A DNA stretch of 64,000 nt from Terriglobia bacterium (GCA_963798155.1 CAWCSH010000005.1:382387-446386); one strand, 5' to 3'. Shown: positions 38,229 through 50,483, numbered from the stretch's first letter. The notes: generated by a model not told the origin, from the letters alone. A program made the numbers and translations.

Positions 38229-39116
38229 ATGGATATTGAGTCCCTGGTTGAGAACGTTGCGCCCTGGAAAGCCATGCAAGTCGAGCGTTATGTGGCCCAG
38301 GAAATTGCGACCGGTCAGAAGAAAATCACGAAACAGGGCAACGTGTACTGGCGCCAGATCCGGCCATTTTTTTATCGGCCGCTCCCGCCCTTTCTGCAAT
38401 ATGACCTGGAGAGCACTACGCGGGACTTCCACCTGCTGGCCGGCTTCCAGCACGGCGTACTAAACGGACAGCCCTCAAACTCCGGCATCAACCTCATGAT
38501 TTTTGATGAGGTAGGCAGCTACAGCGCCGGCAAACTGCACCATAGCGTGCTGGGGAACGTGAAGCGGGCCATCAAGAATCATGTGACGGTGCGCTGCCTG
38601 ACTGACGTGGTGGAGTTCTCCGAAAAGGGTCACGAAGCCTATCTTTCGTTCTACGAACGCACCAGGTACGAGTTCGCAACCTACCGTTTACGGCCCGAGG
38701 GATTTGCCCGCTGGGCCCGGGCGTTGTTCGAGTTTCCTGAATTACTGATTCTGGGTGCGTTCTCGGGCGAGAAGCTGATCGGATATGAAATCTCGTGCCG
38801 GGTGCTCGACGTGCTGGTGCTGAAGGCGGCTGTTCATTCGGATTTGAGCCTGAAACTCCGCGCCCCAGACCTGCTGTTGCACCTGATGCGCATGCGGGCA
38901 CGGGAATCTGGCGACATTGCGATGATCTATGACAGCTGTATCAGCACCCCCGGAATCAACCAGTTCAAGATTCGCCGGGGAGCGAGAGTGGCAACCGTTC
39001 CGGCGCACCTGCACATGAACCGGCTGCTGCTGCGTAGTCTGAAGGTAGTGAACAAGGCGAGATATTTGCAGGTGGTCGGTTACGAAGCAGAACCGATCAC
39101 CCCCCGCGCAGCCTAG
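38229..39116 (+). CDS. Hypothetical protein, possibly GNAT-fold (FemAB/CelD-like), in a lower-GC segment
   Basis: A 295-aa intact ORF. Its flanks are noticeably more AT-rich (37.9-38.2 kb). Confidence 0.4.
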   Translation: MDIESLVENVAPWKAMQVERYVAQEIATGQKKITKQGNVYWRQIRPFFYRPLPPFLQYDLESTTRDFHLLAGFQHGVLNGQPSNSGINLMIFDEVGSYSAGKLHHSVLGNVKRAIKNHVTVRCLTDVVEFSEKGHEAYLSFYERTRYEFATYRLRPEGFARWARALFEFPELLILGAFSGEKLIGYEISCRVLDVLVLKAAVHSDLSLKLRAPDLLLHLMRMRARESGDIAMIYDSCISTPGINQFKIRRGARVATVPAHLHMNRLLLRSLKVVNKARYLQVVGYEAEPITPRAA

Positions 39117-39146
39117 TCCGAAACTGCCGGATGGCGCACGTTGCGG

Positions 39147-41508
39147 CTACCTCAGCGACTCTTCTACTTCGGAAATCCAATCGGGACGTTTGAGCACTTC
39201 GCGCGGCTTGGGGCCGTCGGCGGCGCCGACGATGCCGTCGCGCTCCATCAGGTCGATCAGATGAGCGGCGCGGCCGTAGCCGATGCGCAGACGGCGCTGC
39301 AGCAGGGAAGTGGAGGCTTTGCCGAACTCGATGACCAGGCGAACCGCGTCTTCAAAGAGGGTCGTCGTATTCCGCTTCGCCGTCGTCTGCTTCCAGCTTC
39401 GCCGCGCCTCGCGCTCCTCTTTCGGAGCTTCCAGGAATTTCTGCTCATATTCGGCGGTGCCTTGAGAACGCCAGAATTCGACGACTGCGGCAATTTCCTT
39501 CTCGGTGACAAAGGGCGCGTGCAAGCGATGCACGCGTGCCGATCCGGAAGGCAGATAAAGCATGTCGCCCTTGCCCAGCAGGGCTTCTGCGCCGTTGGCG
39601 TCGAGAATGGTGCGGGAGTCAACTTTGGTCGCCACCCGGAAAGAAATGCGGGCAGGGAAGTTGGCTTTGATCAAGTCCGGTGATGACGTCGACCGACGGG
39701 CCGCTGGGTGGCGAGAACCAGGTGAATGCCGACGGCGCGTGCCATCTGCGCCAGCCGCGTGATGGACTCTTCCACATTGCCGGAGTCGAGCATCATCAGA
39801 TCGGCCAACTCGTCGATGATGATGACGATGTAGGGCAGCGGCGCGTCTTCGCGAATCTTCGCCAAACAGGCTGCGGGTGCTGTCGTCGTCGAACAGCTTG
39901 TTGTACTGATCGATGTTGCGCACGCCCTTTTCGCGCCAGCAGCTTGAGGCGGCGCTCCATTTCGCGGACGGCATTGCGCAGCGCGTTGGCGGCCAGTTTG
40001 GGCTCGGTGATGATCGGCGTAAAAGGTGCGGAACGCCTTCGTAGTTGCCGAGTTCCAGGCGCTTGGGATCAACCAGGATCAGCCGTACCTGGTCCGGCGT
40101 GGACTTGTACAGGATGGACATGATCATGGCGTTGATGGCCACGCTCTTGCCGGCTCCGGTGGAGCCGGCGATCAGCAGGTGGGGCATGCCGTTGAGATCG
40201 GCGGTGACAATGCGTCCGTTGATGTCTTTGCCGAGCGCGAGCGTCAGCTTCGATTTTGAGCCCAGAAATTCCTGCGACTCGATGTTTTCCCGCAGCCAGA
40301 TGATCTCGCGCTCGCGATTGGGCACCTGAATGCCTACCGTGGACTTGCCCGCCATGCGCTCGATCAGAATGCTTTCGGCTTTCAGGGCCAGGCAGAGATC
40401 GTCGGTGAGATTGGTGATGCGGCTGTATTTGATGCCGGCTTCGGGCTTGAATTCGAAGGTGGTGACGACCGGGCCGGGATTGATCTGGGTGACTTGGCCG
40501 TGAACGTCGAACTCGGCATATTTTTCTACCAGCACTTGCGCCAGCAGCTTGAGTTCGTCGGCATCAATGGCCTGCTGCTCATCGGCCCGGTGCAGCAGGC
40601 TGCTGGGTGGAAGCTTGAAGCTGCCGGCGATGCGCGGCATGGTGGTCTTTGGCTTTTGCTCGGTGTCGGCGCGCTCGGTGACTTCAGGAGTGGGTAGCTC
40701 GGCCTCCGGTGAGCCGATGTGATCTGCGGCCTTGGCATGTTCGACAGGCTCCGCTGCCAACGTCCGCTCGATGCCGGTTCGCCGAGGTTCCAGCCGGATG
40801 CAGCCGCGGCAGGCGCGGTACGGGCTGGTGTCGAAACCACGGGACGAGCCGCGCGCCGTTTCTCCAGTTCCTTCTGCAATTGCAGCTTGGCGCGCTCCTC
40901 CTGCCAGTCTTTATAGCGGTTCCAGAGAGCGATGGCGAAGGCAAAGCGGGTGGGCATCCAAACCTGCGCGGCAGAGAACGAGAATGCAGTAGAGAGATAG
41001 AGCGCGACAGCCAGCACGCTGGCGCACACGATGTAGGCTCCGGCGACGTTGAGGTAGTGGATGAGAAAATCGCCGACGATGCGGCCGAGGAGGCCTTCAA
41101 TCGGAATCACTCCCATCCAGCGCACATGCCCGGGCAACAATGCCAGCAGAGCAGGGACGAAGATGATGCAGCCAGACCACGCCAAGCACTTTGGCAAGCG
41201 GGGAGGTGACATGTCGCGAGCGGAACCAGCGAATGCCAACCAGTCCGGCGAATCAGAGGCAACAGAAAAGCGCCAATGCCGAAACCTTGCAGCAGCAGAT
41301 CGGAGCCGATGGCTCCCACGATGCCGATCCAGTTGCGGGCGGCCCGCGAACCGGTAAGGACCGAGGCGCTGTTCAGCGAGGGATCGAGCGGCGAATAGGA
41401 AGCGAGCGCGAGGAAGAGGAGGAGCGCGGAGATACACAACAGGAACCCGACCAGCTCATTGAGCCGGCGGTTGTTGGTCGGAGCGAAAAACCGGGCAATT
41501 GATTTCAT
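39147..41508 (-). pseudogene. ftsK: DNA translocase FtsK/SpoIIIE, frameshifted in the motor domain
   Basis: N-terminal TM domain (41107..41568 fragment), Walker [20 protein letters not shown] (Walker B, in alternate frame 39671..40072), and C-terminal winged-helix gamma domain (LLQRRLRIGYGRAAHLIDLME). Confidence 0.8.
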
Positions 41509-41731
41509 TGGGCGTGTGCGCGCGGGCGAGAGAAACTCCCACCCCGTCACGATTCCGCCAGAGCCCAATGATTATGCCAAGGATGGAGCGGAGGGGCAAC
41601 CGGGGAGTGGTGAGACAGTAATCGAGAAAGAACTCATTCTGGGAATGGCTGGCAAATCAGTGAGCAGGAGCGATATCCGATGTCATCCCCCGCGATGATC
41701 GGCGATATAATCCTTCTCCGGAGGTGCGTTA

Positions 41732-42162
41732 TGCGTTTCCTTTCCCTCCTGGTGCTTCTGGTGGCATTACCGGCTTATGCGGAGCTGCCGAAGCCGGCGG
41801 CTGATCAGAAGGCCTCAACCTCTGCCTATCCAAATTCCTGGTCAATTCTCGGCGCACCGTCTGTGGGCGCCGCGTCTCTGGACGCCTCGTCGATTCGAAA
41901 TCCCGAAGCGGGTCCTGATCTCGGAAAATATGAACTGAACTGGGTACCCACCCAGCGATTGCAGCGTGGAACTCGGGTGAATCCTGAGCAAGCTTATTGT
42001 TACAAACTCCGTACCTACCGGGTAAAGCGGGATGAGCGCGATTCAGACCTGGTTCATATCGCGGGATACACCACCTGTCAGCCGAGTTCGCTATACACAC
42101 TCCGGACCAGCGATATAACGGTTCGGGATGATCGCGAAGGCGACCGCGAAGGCGACCGCTAA
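41732..42162 (+). CDS. Hypothetical secreted protein with a C-terminal REGD tandem
   Basis: Signal peptide MRFLSLLVLLVALPAYA. Ends with ...DDREGDREGDR, encoded by a 2x12-bp tandem. Confidence 0.45.
42134..42157 (+). repeat. Perfect 12-bp tandem duplication (cgcgaaggcgac x2) at the 3' end of the ORF above
   Basis: Seen directly in the sequence. Confidence 0.6.
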
Positions 42163-42211
42163 ATTGACCAAAAGATGGCGCTGAGGCGAATTGCCTGTGT
42201 GAGCTGGCGAC

Positions 42212-43106
42212 CTATCCAGCAAGCCTGGCCGCGAACAAGAGCACCAGCGCGCCTGCGATGATGCGATATACCGCGAAGGGCACGAAGCCGTGCTTCCGCA
42301 CCCACGCCATGAACCAGGCGACAGAGGCGTAGGCCACGACAAACGAGACCACGAACCCAATCGCCACCACAATCCAGCCGTGAGCATCAATTTGCGAGAC
42401 GCCGATTGGGTTTTCGCCCTTGCCCATCACCGATTTCAGCAGGTCATAGCCCACGGCGGCCGCCATGGTAGGAATCGATAGGAAGAACGAGAACTCGAGC
42501 GCAGAAGCCCGCGACATCCCGGCCAGTTGGCCGGCGGCGATGGTGGACATGGAGCGAGACGTCCCGGGGAAAACTGCTGACAGAATCTGGCAGGCGCCGA
42601 TCCAGATGGCCTGGGCGACGCTCATGGCTTCCATCTTCCAGGTGTGTATGCGGCTGCCGGATGCGCTGGGGCCGGCCTTTTCCCAGGGAGCGTTCACCGC
42701 GTCCACGATCCACATGACGATGCCGCCGATAAGCAGCGACCAGCCGATGATCCTGAGGTTTTCCAGGTGCTTGCCAATGATTTTGGTGAGCAGGAAGGCG
42801 GGAATGGCGGTGACCACGAACGCAATCAGGGTCAAGCTGAGCGGATGAGTGAGGACGTTACGGTCTCCGCTTTCGCCCTTGGGAAATGTCGAAAGAAATT
42901 TCGCGATGCGGCTGCGGAAATAGACCGGCAGAGCTGAGAATCGCTCCCAGCTGGATCACGATGGTGTACATCTTCCAGTAGCCGCTGGTCATGCTGATGT
43001 GAAGCATGGCTTCCACAATGCGGAGATGCGCGGTCGAACTCACCGGCAGAAATTCAGTGATGCCTTCAACAACTCCGAGGATCAGGGACAGCAGGTAGTC
43101 GTTCAA
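42212..43106 (-). pseudogene. uppP: Undecaprenyl-diphosphatase (BacA/UppP), one frameshift
   Basis: N-terminal fragment 42858..43106 (EGITEFLPVSSTAHL). C-terminal fragment 42212..42835. Confidence 0.8.
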
Positions 43107-43348
43107 TCCGCCTCCAGAGGGTGAGTGGGTTGAGTATGGCAGAAGTTGGGCGGCGGGCCGGGTTGCGAACTTGGTTCGCTCAGCTGGTGGGTCGAAGGAA
43201 TCGAAACAGGCGCGATGAGAGTGGGGAGAATGCCTGGCGGCGGCCTAAAAGCGCGACGGCTGCAGGGGTCCTTCGACTTCGTAGCCGCCGCGCTGGGCGC
43301 GACGGTTACTGCGCTCAGGATGACAAAGCTAGTTTGGTTATCTGCTAT

Positions 43349-44248
43349 TCACTGCTCGGTGTTGCCGAAAGTTGGGATGTTGTTCTGGAGCAGGTAGAGC
43401 AGGCGTTGGGCGCGGGCTCCCCAGTCGCCTTGAGCATCCTGGCTGGAGATCCTCTGGGCCAGTGCGGCGGCCCGGGTTTTTGATTCTTCAGATTTCTTCG
43501 GTTGTTCCTCGGTCTTGTAGATCTCGATGAGCGCGGCGTAACGGGAGGCTGCGTCGTATAAAGCCTCATTGACCTTGGGCGACTGGGGATGGTCCTTGGC
43601 GTAATTCTGGTAAAGATCGGCTTCTTTCTCGGGACACTTCGATGCGCCCTGCCAGTCCCCGCACACCTTATTGTCGAGCAGGTGAAATGCCGCGAGGTCA
43701 GCCCACCTGGTGCCGGGAAATTTCTTGATGACCTCTTTCATCCAATGCTCGTCGATTTCGTCACGGAGAAAGGCTTCGCGTTCGTGCGACGAAGGCCGCG
43801 ACATCACGTCGTCTTTCTGCAGTTGCCAGCGGATGTCGGCGGCACGGTACAGCGCCTCTCCCGCCAGGGGAGAGCTGGGGAAATAATCGTAAACCCGGCG
43901 ATAGAGCCACATCGCATCCTGGGCCGCGCCGCGCCGTCCACGGCGTTGCGAAGCCTGGTCTTCGGAATCGGCGGCCTCCCCGAAGAGAATCTTGTCGCCG
44001 TTGGGAGTGGACGCGGTGATCACACCCTTGCCCAGGATCCAGCCGGTAATCGTGCGTTCCTCGGTGAGGTTGGCCTCTACGTGCAGCCAGTCGCGACTGC
44101 TCTCGAGCACGATCACTTCGCGGCCGCGGTCGAGGTCTCCGAGCTTGGCAGACTGGGAGTCGGGAGAAAGAAAAATCGATGCCACCCGCATCATGGCTCC
44201 GCGCTGATAGTCGGCGGCGCGGGATACAGCGGGCAGGAGACAGAGCAT
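43349..44248 (-). CDS. Hypothetical secreted protein
   Basis: A 299-aa intact ORF with signal-like N-terminus MLCLLPAVSRAADY. The C-terminal half is helical and repeat-like. Confidence 0.45.
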   Translation of the reverse strand: MLCLLPAVSRAADYQRGAMMRVASIFLSPDSQSAKLGDLDRGREVIVLESSRDWLHVEANLTEERTITGWILGKGVITASTPNGDKILFGEAADSEDQASQRRGRRGAAQDAMWLYRRVYDYFPSSPLAGEALYRAADIRWQLQKDDVMSRPSSHEREAFLRDEIDEHWMKEVIKKFPGTRWADLAAFHLLDNKVCGDWQGASKCPEKEADLYQNYAKDHPQSPKVNEALYDAASRYAALIEIYKTEEQPKKSEESKTRAAALAQRISSQDAQGDWGARAQRLLYLLQNNIPTFGNTEQ

Positions 44249-44350
44249 GGCGATGGTTGCCCAGAGACAGAATCCCCAAGACCCGCCGGGCTCCTGAGGA
44301 ACCCTCTGTTCTCTGGCAGGCCGGTCGAGGATTGGGATGCCTCGCTTCGC

Positions 44351-45403
44351 TCAGCATGACAAGCTCATTTTCTTCTTGATGTCGGCCAGCAGTTGCGGCT
44401 CGATGTTTCCTCCGCTGATGACCGCAACGTTGATGCGGGTGCGCGGTAATTCCGCGGAATGAAAGAGAAAAGCCGCCACACTCACCGCGCCGCTGGGCTC
44501 GGCGATGGTCTTCAGGTCCGCCGCCAGCTGCTGCATGGCCTGGGTAATCTCCTCTTCGCTGACGGTCACGATGTCGTCCACATAGCGCCGGATATGCTCG
44601 AAATTGATCTCTCCGACGCATTGGGTCCGCAGGCCGTCGGCAGCCGTTTGCAGAATCTGTTCGACGGGGAATTTCACCAGCTTCCCGGCCTTAAGGCTGG
44701 CGCGCGCATCGCCGGCGAGTTCGGGCTCGACCCCGATCACGTTTGATTGAGGGATTGCTCAGCTTGATGGCCGTGGCCACGCCGCTGATCAGGCCTCCGC
44801 CGCCGATGGGGACGAGAATGGTCTCGACCCCGGGCAGTTCGTCCAGAATCTCCAGGCCGATGGTGCCTTGCCCGGCAATGATTTTTTCATCGTTATAGGG
44901 AGGAATGATGACGTAACCCTTTTCTGCCGCGATTTCTTCGGCTTTGGCCTGGCGCTCGGCGTTGCTCGGCCCTACGAGTATGATCTCGGCTCCCAGGCCT
45001 GAGGTTGCTTGCTGTTTGTTGATTGGAGCATTTCGCGGCATGACCACAACGGCGTGAATGCCCAGTTGCCGCGCGGCATACGCCACGCCCTGCCCATGGT
45101 TCCCGCTGGAGTAGGTGATGACCCCGCGCTGCCGTTCCTGCTCGGTTAGAGTGGCGATCTTGTTGTAGGCGCCCCGCAGCTTGAAGGCGCCGATAGGCTG
45201 CCGGTTCTCCAGCTTCAGATACAGCAGCCGGTCGCCGTGACTTGAAGATGGTGTGAGGCGCGACTCGACCAGTGGAGTGCGCACCGCTACGCCGCGCACG
45301 CGGGTAGCAGCTTCGCGAATGTCAGTCAGGGTGACGATGGAAACACCTCTGGTTCGGGTACTTCGAGGACTGTGTGGCCATCTATTCTCCCATCTTTTGC
45401 AGG
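44351..45403 (-). pseudogene. PLP-dependent threonine/serine dehydratase (IlvA/TdcB-like), with at least 3 frameshifts
   Basis: Fragments 44691..45299 (FKLRGAYN, SSGNHGQGVA, Gly-rich loop) and 44351..44740. The N-terminus (...TLTDIREAATRVRG) is in yet another frame. Confidence 0.75.
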
Positions 45404-45526
45404 GATTTGGGAGACACAGGGGGAGTCAGCCCTGCGAGATTGCCTGCCTTAGCGACGTTGGGTTAAAGTCTTTACCGCGAAGGTCGCGAAGAACTGCCGC
45501 GAAGGTCAGCGGAGAAGAACAAGGGC

Positions 45527-46402
45527 TCATTGCTTGGTGCTGGCGCGCTGGCGGATGGCTCTTTCCGTCAGCTCGGCTTGCTGGCGCACACGGTCTGCGA
45601 TATCGGGCAACTCTCGTTCATAGGGAGTAATGGCAGGGAGGTCTTCCAGTTGGCCCACCAGGTAGAGAGCACGCAAGGCCTCCCATACCTGCTCTTCAGA
45701 CGGAGACACGGTGGCAATTGCAGCCCCACTATTTACGTTTTCCCCTGTCTGAACCGCCAGAGTTCGCACGCGTCCGGCAATCGGTGAACGGATTTCGCTG
45801 TTGCTCTCGAGTTTCGCAATGACTCCGCCCTGGTGGATGGGCGTGCCCACGCTGCTGGTGTCCACGATTTTTCCTGATTGCGGAGCGACGACGTTGGCAG
45901 GCTGAAGCAGAGCGACGATTTGCGGACGGCCGGCGGCATCCCCAAAGCGGACCAGCGAGAGTGCCGCATTGCCGCGTACCATGGGCGAGGCGTCATGCAG
46001 CATTCTGAGCAGTGCTTCGTGAAAGCCTGCGCCGGAGGTGTCCTGGCCCATGACCCAGGCGTCGGTGTTGCGCACTTCGTCCACTGGATAGCTTGCCAGC
46101 CGCACCAGGTCGGGATAGAAACCTGTCGTTCCCGCCTGGTGCTTCGCCATGCGGTCACCGATCTGCACCAGGGCATGCTGGATATGGCGCGGCTTATTCT
46201 CGTCGTGCAGGTACTCGCTCATCTGCTTATCGGAGAGCGGACGTCCGAACCAGGTGTTCCACCAGAAAAGAAACGGCATGAGCACGATCAGCCAGGCGGT
46301 GAGAAAGAAGAGCAGCCGCTGGTTGCGCGACATGCGGCGCTTCGGACGGTGGGGAAGGCTCTCGGGCTGGCTGGCTGGCGATTCAGTTGGCATGGACGAC
46401 AC
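45527..46402 (-). CDS. Hypothetical membrane-anchored protein with HEAT-like repeats and a C-terminal biotin/lipoyl-like barrel
   Basis: N-terminal TM (LLFFLTAWLIVLMPFLFWW), a HEAT-like segment (VRGNAALSLVRFGDAAGRPQIV), and a C-terminal IRSPIAGRVRTLAVQTGENVNSGAAIATV. Confidence 0.45.
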   Translation of the reverse strand: MSSMPTESPASQPESLPHRPKRRMSRNQRLLFFLTAWLIVLMPFLFWWNTWFGRPLSDKQMSEYLHDENKPRHIQHALVQIGDRMAKHQAGTTGFYPDLVRLASYPVDEVRNTDAWVMGQDTSGAGFHEALLRMLHDASPMVRGNAALSLVRFGDAAGRPQIVALLQPANVVAPQSGKIVDTSSVGTPIHQGGVIAKLESNSEIRSPIAGRVRTLAVQTGENVNSGAAIATVSPSEEQVWEALRALYLVGQLEDLPAITPYERELPDIADRVRQQAELTERAIRQRASTKQ

Positions 46403-46459
46403 TATTTCACCACACAGAGCGCGGAGGACACAGAGGAATCTGGCGCTGCGCCGTCGAGC

Positions 46460-46729
46460 CTAGTCCACCACGTCAGCATCGAGCACTCGGGGCTGCTCCA
46501 GGTAGTGGGACACGGCATATTGCGCCAGGAGCGGCGTCTGGAGCTGGATTTCCGCGCCGATCCATTCGCCTTTGGCATGGGGCTGGTCGGGCGAGTGTTT
46601 GCACTCGCCGCCTGATCCAAACTGCGGGCCAAAAGCGGCGCTCTTGATTTCGTCGTATTGCTGGATCTGCTTCCAGGCTTCGACTCCAACGGTTCCTGAA
46701 ACATCGATTTTGAGGCGCACGGTGCTCAT
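46460..46729 (-). CDS. Hypothetical small protein
   Basis: An 89-aa ORF between the HEAT protein and DUF420. Confidence 0.3.
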   Translation of the reverse strand: MSTVRLKIDVSGTVGVEAWKQIQQYDEIKSAAFGPQFGSGGECKHSPDQPHAKGEWIGAEIQLQTPLLAQYAVSHYLEQPRVLDADVVD

Positions 46730-46771
46730 GAGTTTTCAAATCGCCAATTGGAAACTGACAACCAGTGCGCT

Positions 46772-47210
46772 TCATGTCGCGAACCATTGGTACAGCATGA
46801 AATAGACGATCACGCCGGTGATCGAGACGTACATCCACAACGGATAAGTCCAGCGGGCGATGGCGCGATGGCGGTCGAAGCGCTCGCGCAGCGCCCGGCT
46901 CAGGGTGATGATCACCAGCGGGACGATCGTGATCGCCAGAATGGTGTGGGAAGTCAGAATCGTGAAATACACCGGACGCGACCAGCCCTGTCCCTGAAAG
47001 TGCACCGAACCCACGTGGTAATGGTAGTAGAGGTACGAAATCAGAAAAAGGCTGGAGGTCACCAGGGCCGCGATCATCAGGTTGCGGTGGGCCGCCATGC
47101 TTGCCGCGCTTGATATAGCCGTGGCCAACAAACAGCAGCACCGCGCTGGTGCCATTCAGGGTCGCGTTGATCACTGGATAGATCGCGTATTGTTCAGGAA
47201 CCATGCTCAT
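46772..47210 (-). pseudogene. DUF420-family membrane protein (aa3-type oxidase-associated), one frameshift near 47095
   Basis: Roughly four TM helices (YLYYHYHVGS...). The N-terminus MSMVPEQYAIYPVINATLNGTSAVLLFVGHGYIKRGK is in the 46473..47210 frame. Confidence 0.55.
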
Positions 47211-47241
47211 GCGGCGGGCTTGGTGGTGCGTCGGTTGACCA

Positions 47242-48097
47242 TCACGAACGCCAGACCGAACATGAACAGCGAGAACAACACCAGAGTCGCCAGCGAAGAC
47301 GGCAGGTCAAACATCGCCGGGCTGGCCGGGGTAAAGCAGCTTGCGCAAAGCCTCGACCCCGTAGGTGAGGGGATTGATATCCATCAGGGCGCGAATCCAG
47401 AAGATGCGCCGACCGATGGGGAACAGCGCTCCTGACAGCAGCCACAGCGGGATCAGAAACAGATTGATGATGGCGTGGAAGGCCTGGTTGGAATCCATCG
47501 GCCAGGCAATGGCGAAGCCGAGCGCGGTGAGCGCAAACGAGACCAGGAACACGGTCAGCACGATCAGTAGGAACTGCCCAAGACGCCATGTGGACGCCGA
47601 CCAGCGGCGCGAAGACCAGGAAGATCAATCCCTGGATGGTGGAAAGCGTTGTTCCTCCCAGCACTTTTCCCAGCACGATGGCCGAACGCGGCACCGGCGC
47701 CACCAGCACGGAAAGCAGAAAGCCTTCTTTGCGGTCTTCGATCACCGACATCATGGTGAAGATCGAAGTGAACAGCACAATCATGATGAGCGCGCCGGGA
47801 AAGAAGTAGTCGAGATAGTGCTGGCCTCCGGCAGCGTTGCCGGAGCGGAACGAGGTGCCGAAGCCCGGACCCGATCACCAGCCAGAACAGCACCGGCGAG
47901 GCGATCACTCCCACCACCCGGCTGCGCTGGCGGTAGAAGCGGACTACCTCCCGCCACCACAAGGTGTACGCGGGCAGAGCGACAACCCGCACCGAGCTGG
48001 AGCGCTGGTTGTGCCGGTAAGTTGCGGTCTGCGTCGCCACCTTAATTCGTTTTCCGCGCCGTGTGCGCCTTGCGGTTGCGAAGATCAAGAAATACAT
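47242..48097 (-). pseudogene. ABC-2-type transporter permease, multiply frameshifted
   Basis: Fragments 47564..48097, 47307..47561 and 47242..47784 are all hydrophobic ABC-2 segments. Confidence 0.6.
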
Positions 48098-48318
48098 TGA
48101 GAAACAGGATGCCGGAGAGCGCGAGCAGGATCAGCGTGGTGAACAAGGCCGTCCACGGTGGTAATCGAACCCTGAGTGACGGTAAAGGCAATTCCGGCCA
48201 GACAAAACAGGCCGAATGCGGCGGAGAGGGCTAGCATCACTGGTGCAATACCTCCTTTAGAAACCGGATTCACCAAAGAGGGCACTGAGTTCCACGGAGG
48301 GAAGTCCCAACAATATTT

Positions 48319-49335
48319 CTACTTCCCGTGCTCGCGCTGTTCCTCTTCCGCGTTCGGTCCAGAACTTGTGGCCGGTGCGGCGAATGAATACGTCTTCCAG
48401 CGTCGGCTTGCTGACCGAAATTGCCTCAATCTCCCCGGGAAACGCTTCGACCAGTTCGGTGATGAAGCGATGCCCGTTCTCGCGCTCCAGCCGAACCTGG
48501 TTTGTCGAGCACCTGCGGTGTTGGCGTAAAAGCGCATCACGGATGCGCTGGGCGAGGCGATTCGGCGTCGGGCGTGTCGAGCAGAATCACGTCGCCGCCG
48601 ATCTCCTGCTTCAGTTCCGCCGGGAGTGCCCAGCGCGACCAGCTTGCCTTCGTTCAGGATGGCCAGCCGGTCGCAGCGTTCGGCCTCTTCCATCAGGTGC
48701 GTGGTCACAATGAACGGTCACGTGTTCTTCATCGCGCAGAATCGTAAGATACTGCCAGAGATCGCGCCGCGCGCCGGGATCGAGTCCGGTGGTCGGCTCG
48801 TCCAGCAGCAGCACCGAGGGATGATGCAGCAGGCCCTTGGCCAGCTCCAGGCGGCGCTGCATGCCTCCGGAAAAAGTCTCCGCTTTTTCGTTGGCGCGGT
48901 CGGCGAGGCCAACCCGACCCAGCATTTCTTCGATGCGCGCCTTCAGCGCGGCCCGTGCAGGCCGTAGAGATGGCCCTGGTGGCGAAGGTTTTCCGCCGCC
49001 GTAAGCTTTACGTCAATGCTCTGTGCCTGAAAGACCACCCCGATGTCGCGCCGCAATCCGTTGGGATCGGTGGCTACGTCGTGGCCGAGAATGAGCGCCC
49101 GGCCGGCGCTAGGGACCATAAGGGTGGAGAGAATCCGGAACAGGGTGGTCTTGCCGCTGCCGTTCGGACCCAGCAAGCCGAACAACTCGGCGGGCGAACA
49201 TCGAACGAGACTCCGCTCAGCGCGGTGCGGTTTTCGTAGCGATGGACCAGATTCTGGACGGAAATAACAGCTGGGGAGGAGACCGGGCCAGCTTCGGGGC
49301 TCGACAGCATCGAAAACGGGGACTTCGGAGGCCAC
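48319..49335 (-). pseudogene. ABC transporter ATP-binding protein, multiply frameshifted
   Basis: Walker A GPNGSGKTT (48943..49335), signature LSGGMQRR, Walker B LLLDEPTTGLD (48611..48925), and a C-terminal region (48319..48708). Confidence 0.8.
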
Positions 49336-49391
49336 GATTATTTTACGCCAGAGGGTTCAGCATTCTCTTTCGGACCAAAACATCGCTGTAT

Positions 49392-50330
49392 TTAGACTGC
49401 TAAAGGTTTCCGCTCTCTCTCCGCCTGTGGAATTCGCTCTTTCATCGCCGCCGGAACATGCCGCCACACCTGGATGGCCAGCACCACGGTGGTCGCCAGC
49501 AGCAACGCTCCGACCGCCACGTGGGCGACTGTCGAAACCACCATGGGCAGTTCCGGCTGTGCGGCATCCTGCCCCACGCTACCCGGGTAAGAAAGCGCGA
49601 AACCCGAGACAGAGCTGGGTGATCAGCAGCGAAAGCATGAGTCACTGCGGGACGGCGACGGCTGTCGATCTGGCGAATACAGCGTCAGAGCGCGAATCGC
49701 GGTCCATGCCAGGATGATTGCCACCATCACCGCGTTCACCACGTGCGGCCACCAGCTCATGCCGTGGTGGCGGAACATCGCACCCAGACACAATTGAACG
49801 TACAGGATAAAGATCGAAAGACAAAGTGAGAGTCTGCAGGCTGGGGCGGCGGGTGTCGAGCTCGAGCGGGCGGAACTTCCTCCACCCATTTCGGCCGGTG
49901 AACAACGCGATAGCCACCGCAATGCAGAAGAACGTCTGGCCGAGCGCGGCATGAGCGGTGGAAACCGCCGGTGGCAGATAATGCAGCACCGTGATGCCGC
50001 CCAGAATTCCTTGAATGATCACCGTGGCCAGGGCGGCGATACCGAGGTTCTTCATCCAGCGGCGGCGGTCGGCTGCGCCAGGTCCATATGGCGATGCCGA
50101 TGGTGAGCAGTCCAACAAACTCGGCCACCATGCGATGGCTGTGTTCGAAGCGGACGCCGCCCACCATGTGCGGAATTTTGTAGAGCGAACCGAAAGAAGT
50201 CGGCCAATCGGGGACCGAGAGGCCGGCGTCATTGCTGGTCACCAGCGCTCCGGCGATGATGAGCAGAAAGGTGATGCAGGCGGTGAAAACGGCGAACGAA
50301 TGAAGGCGGCGATTGTAGGGAGTAGCGACC
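49392..50330 (-). pseudogene. ctaA: Haem A synthase (CtaA/COX15), frameshifted
   Basis: The SNDAGLSVPDWPT motif and multiple TM helices with conserved His residues. The exact start is uncertain. Confidence 0.65.
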
Positions 50331-50483
50331 TGCTTTCAGAACCGACTCCTCTGAGGGGGGAACCACGCCAGGCCCAACCCGGCGAACGCAGCGGAACCCT
50401 GCGAATCATTCTAATCGTCCTATCGGGGGCCGAGATCTCCCGGCCGCCCGACAGGAACCGACTATTCTAGCAAGCTTTACTGT

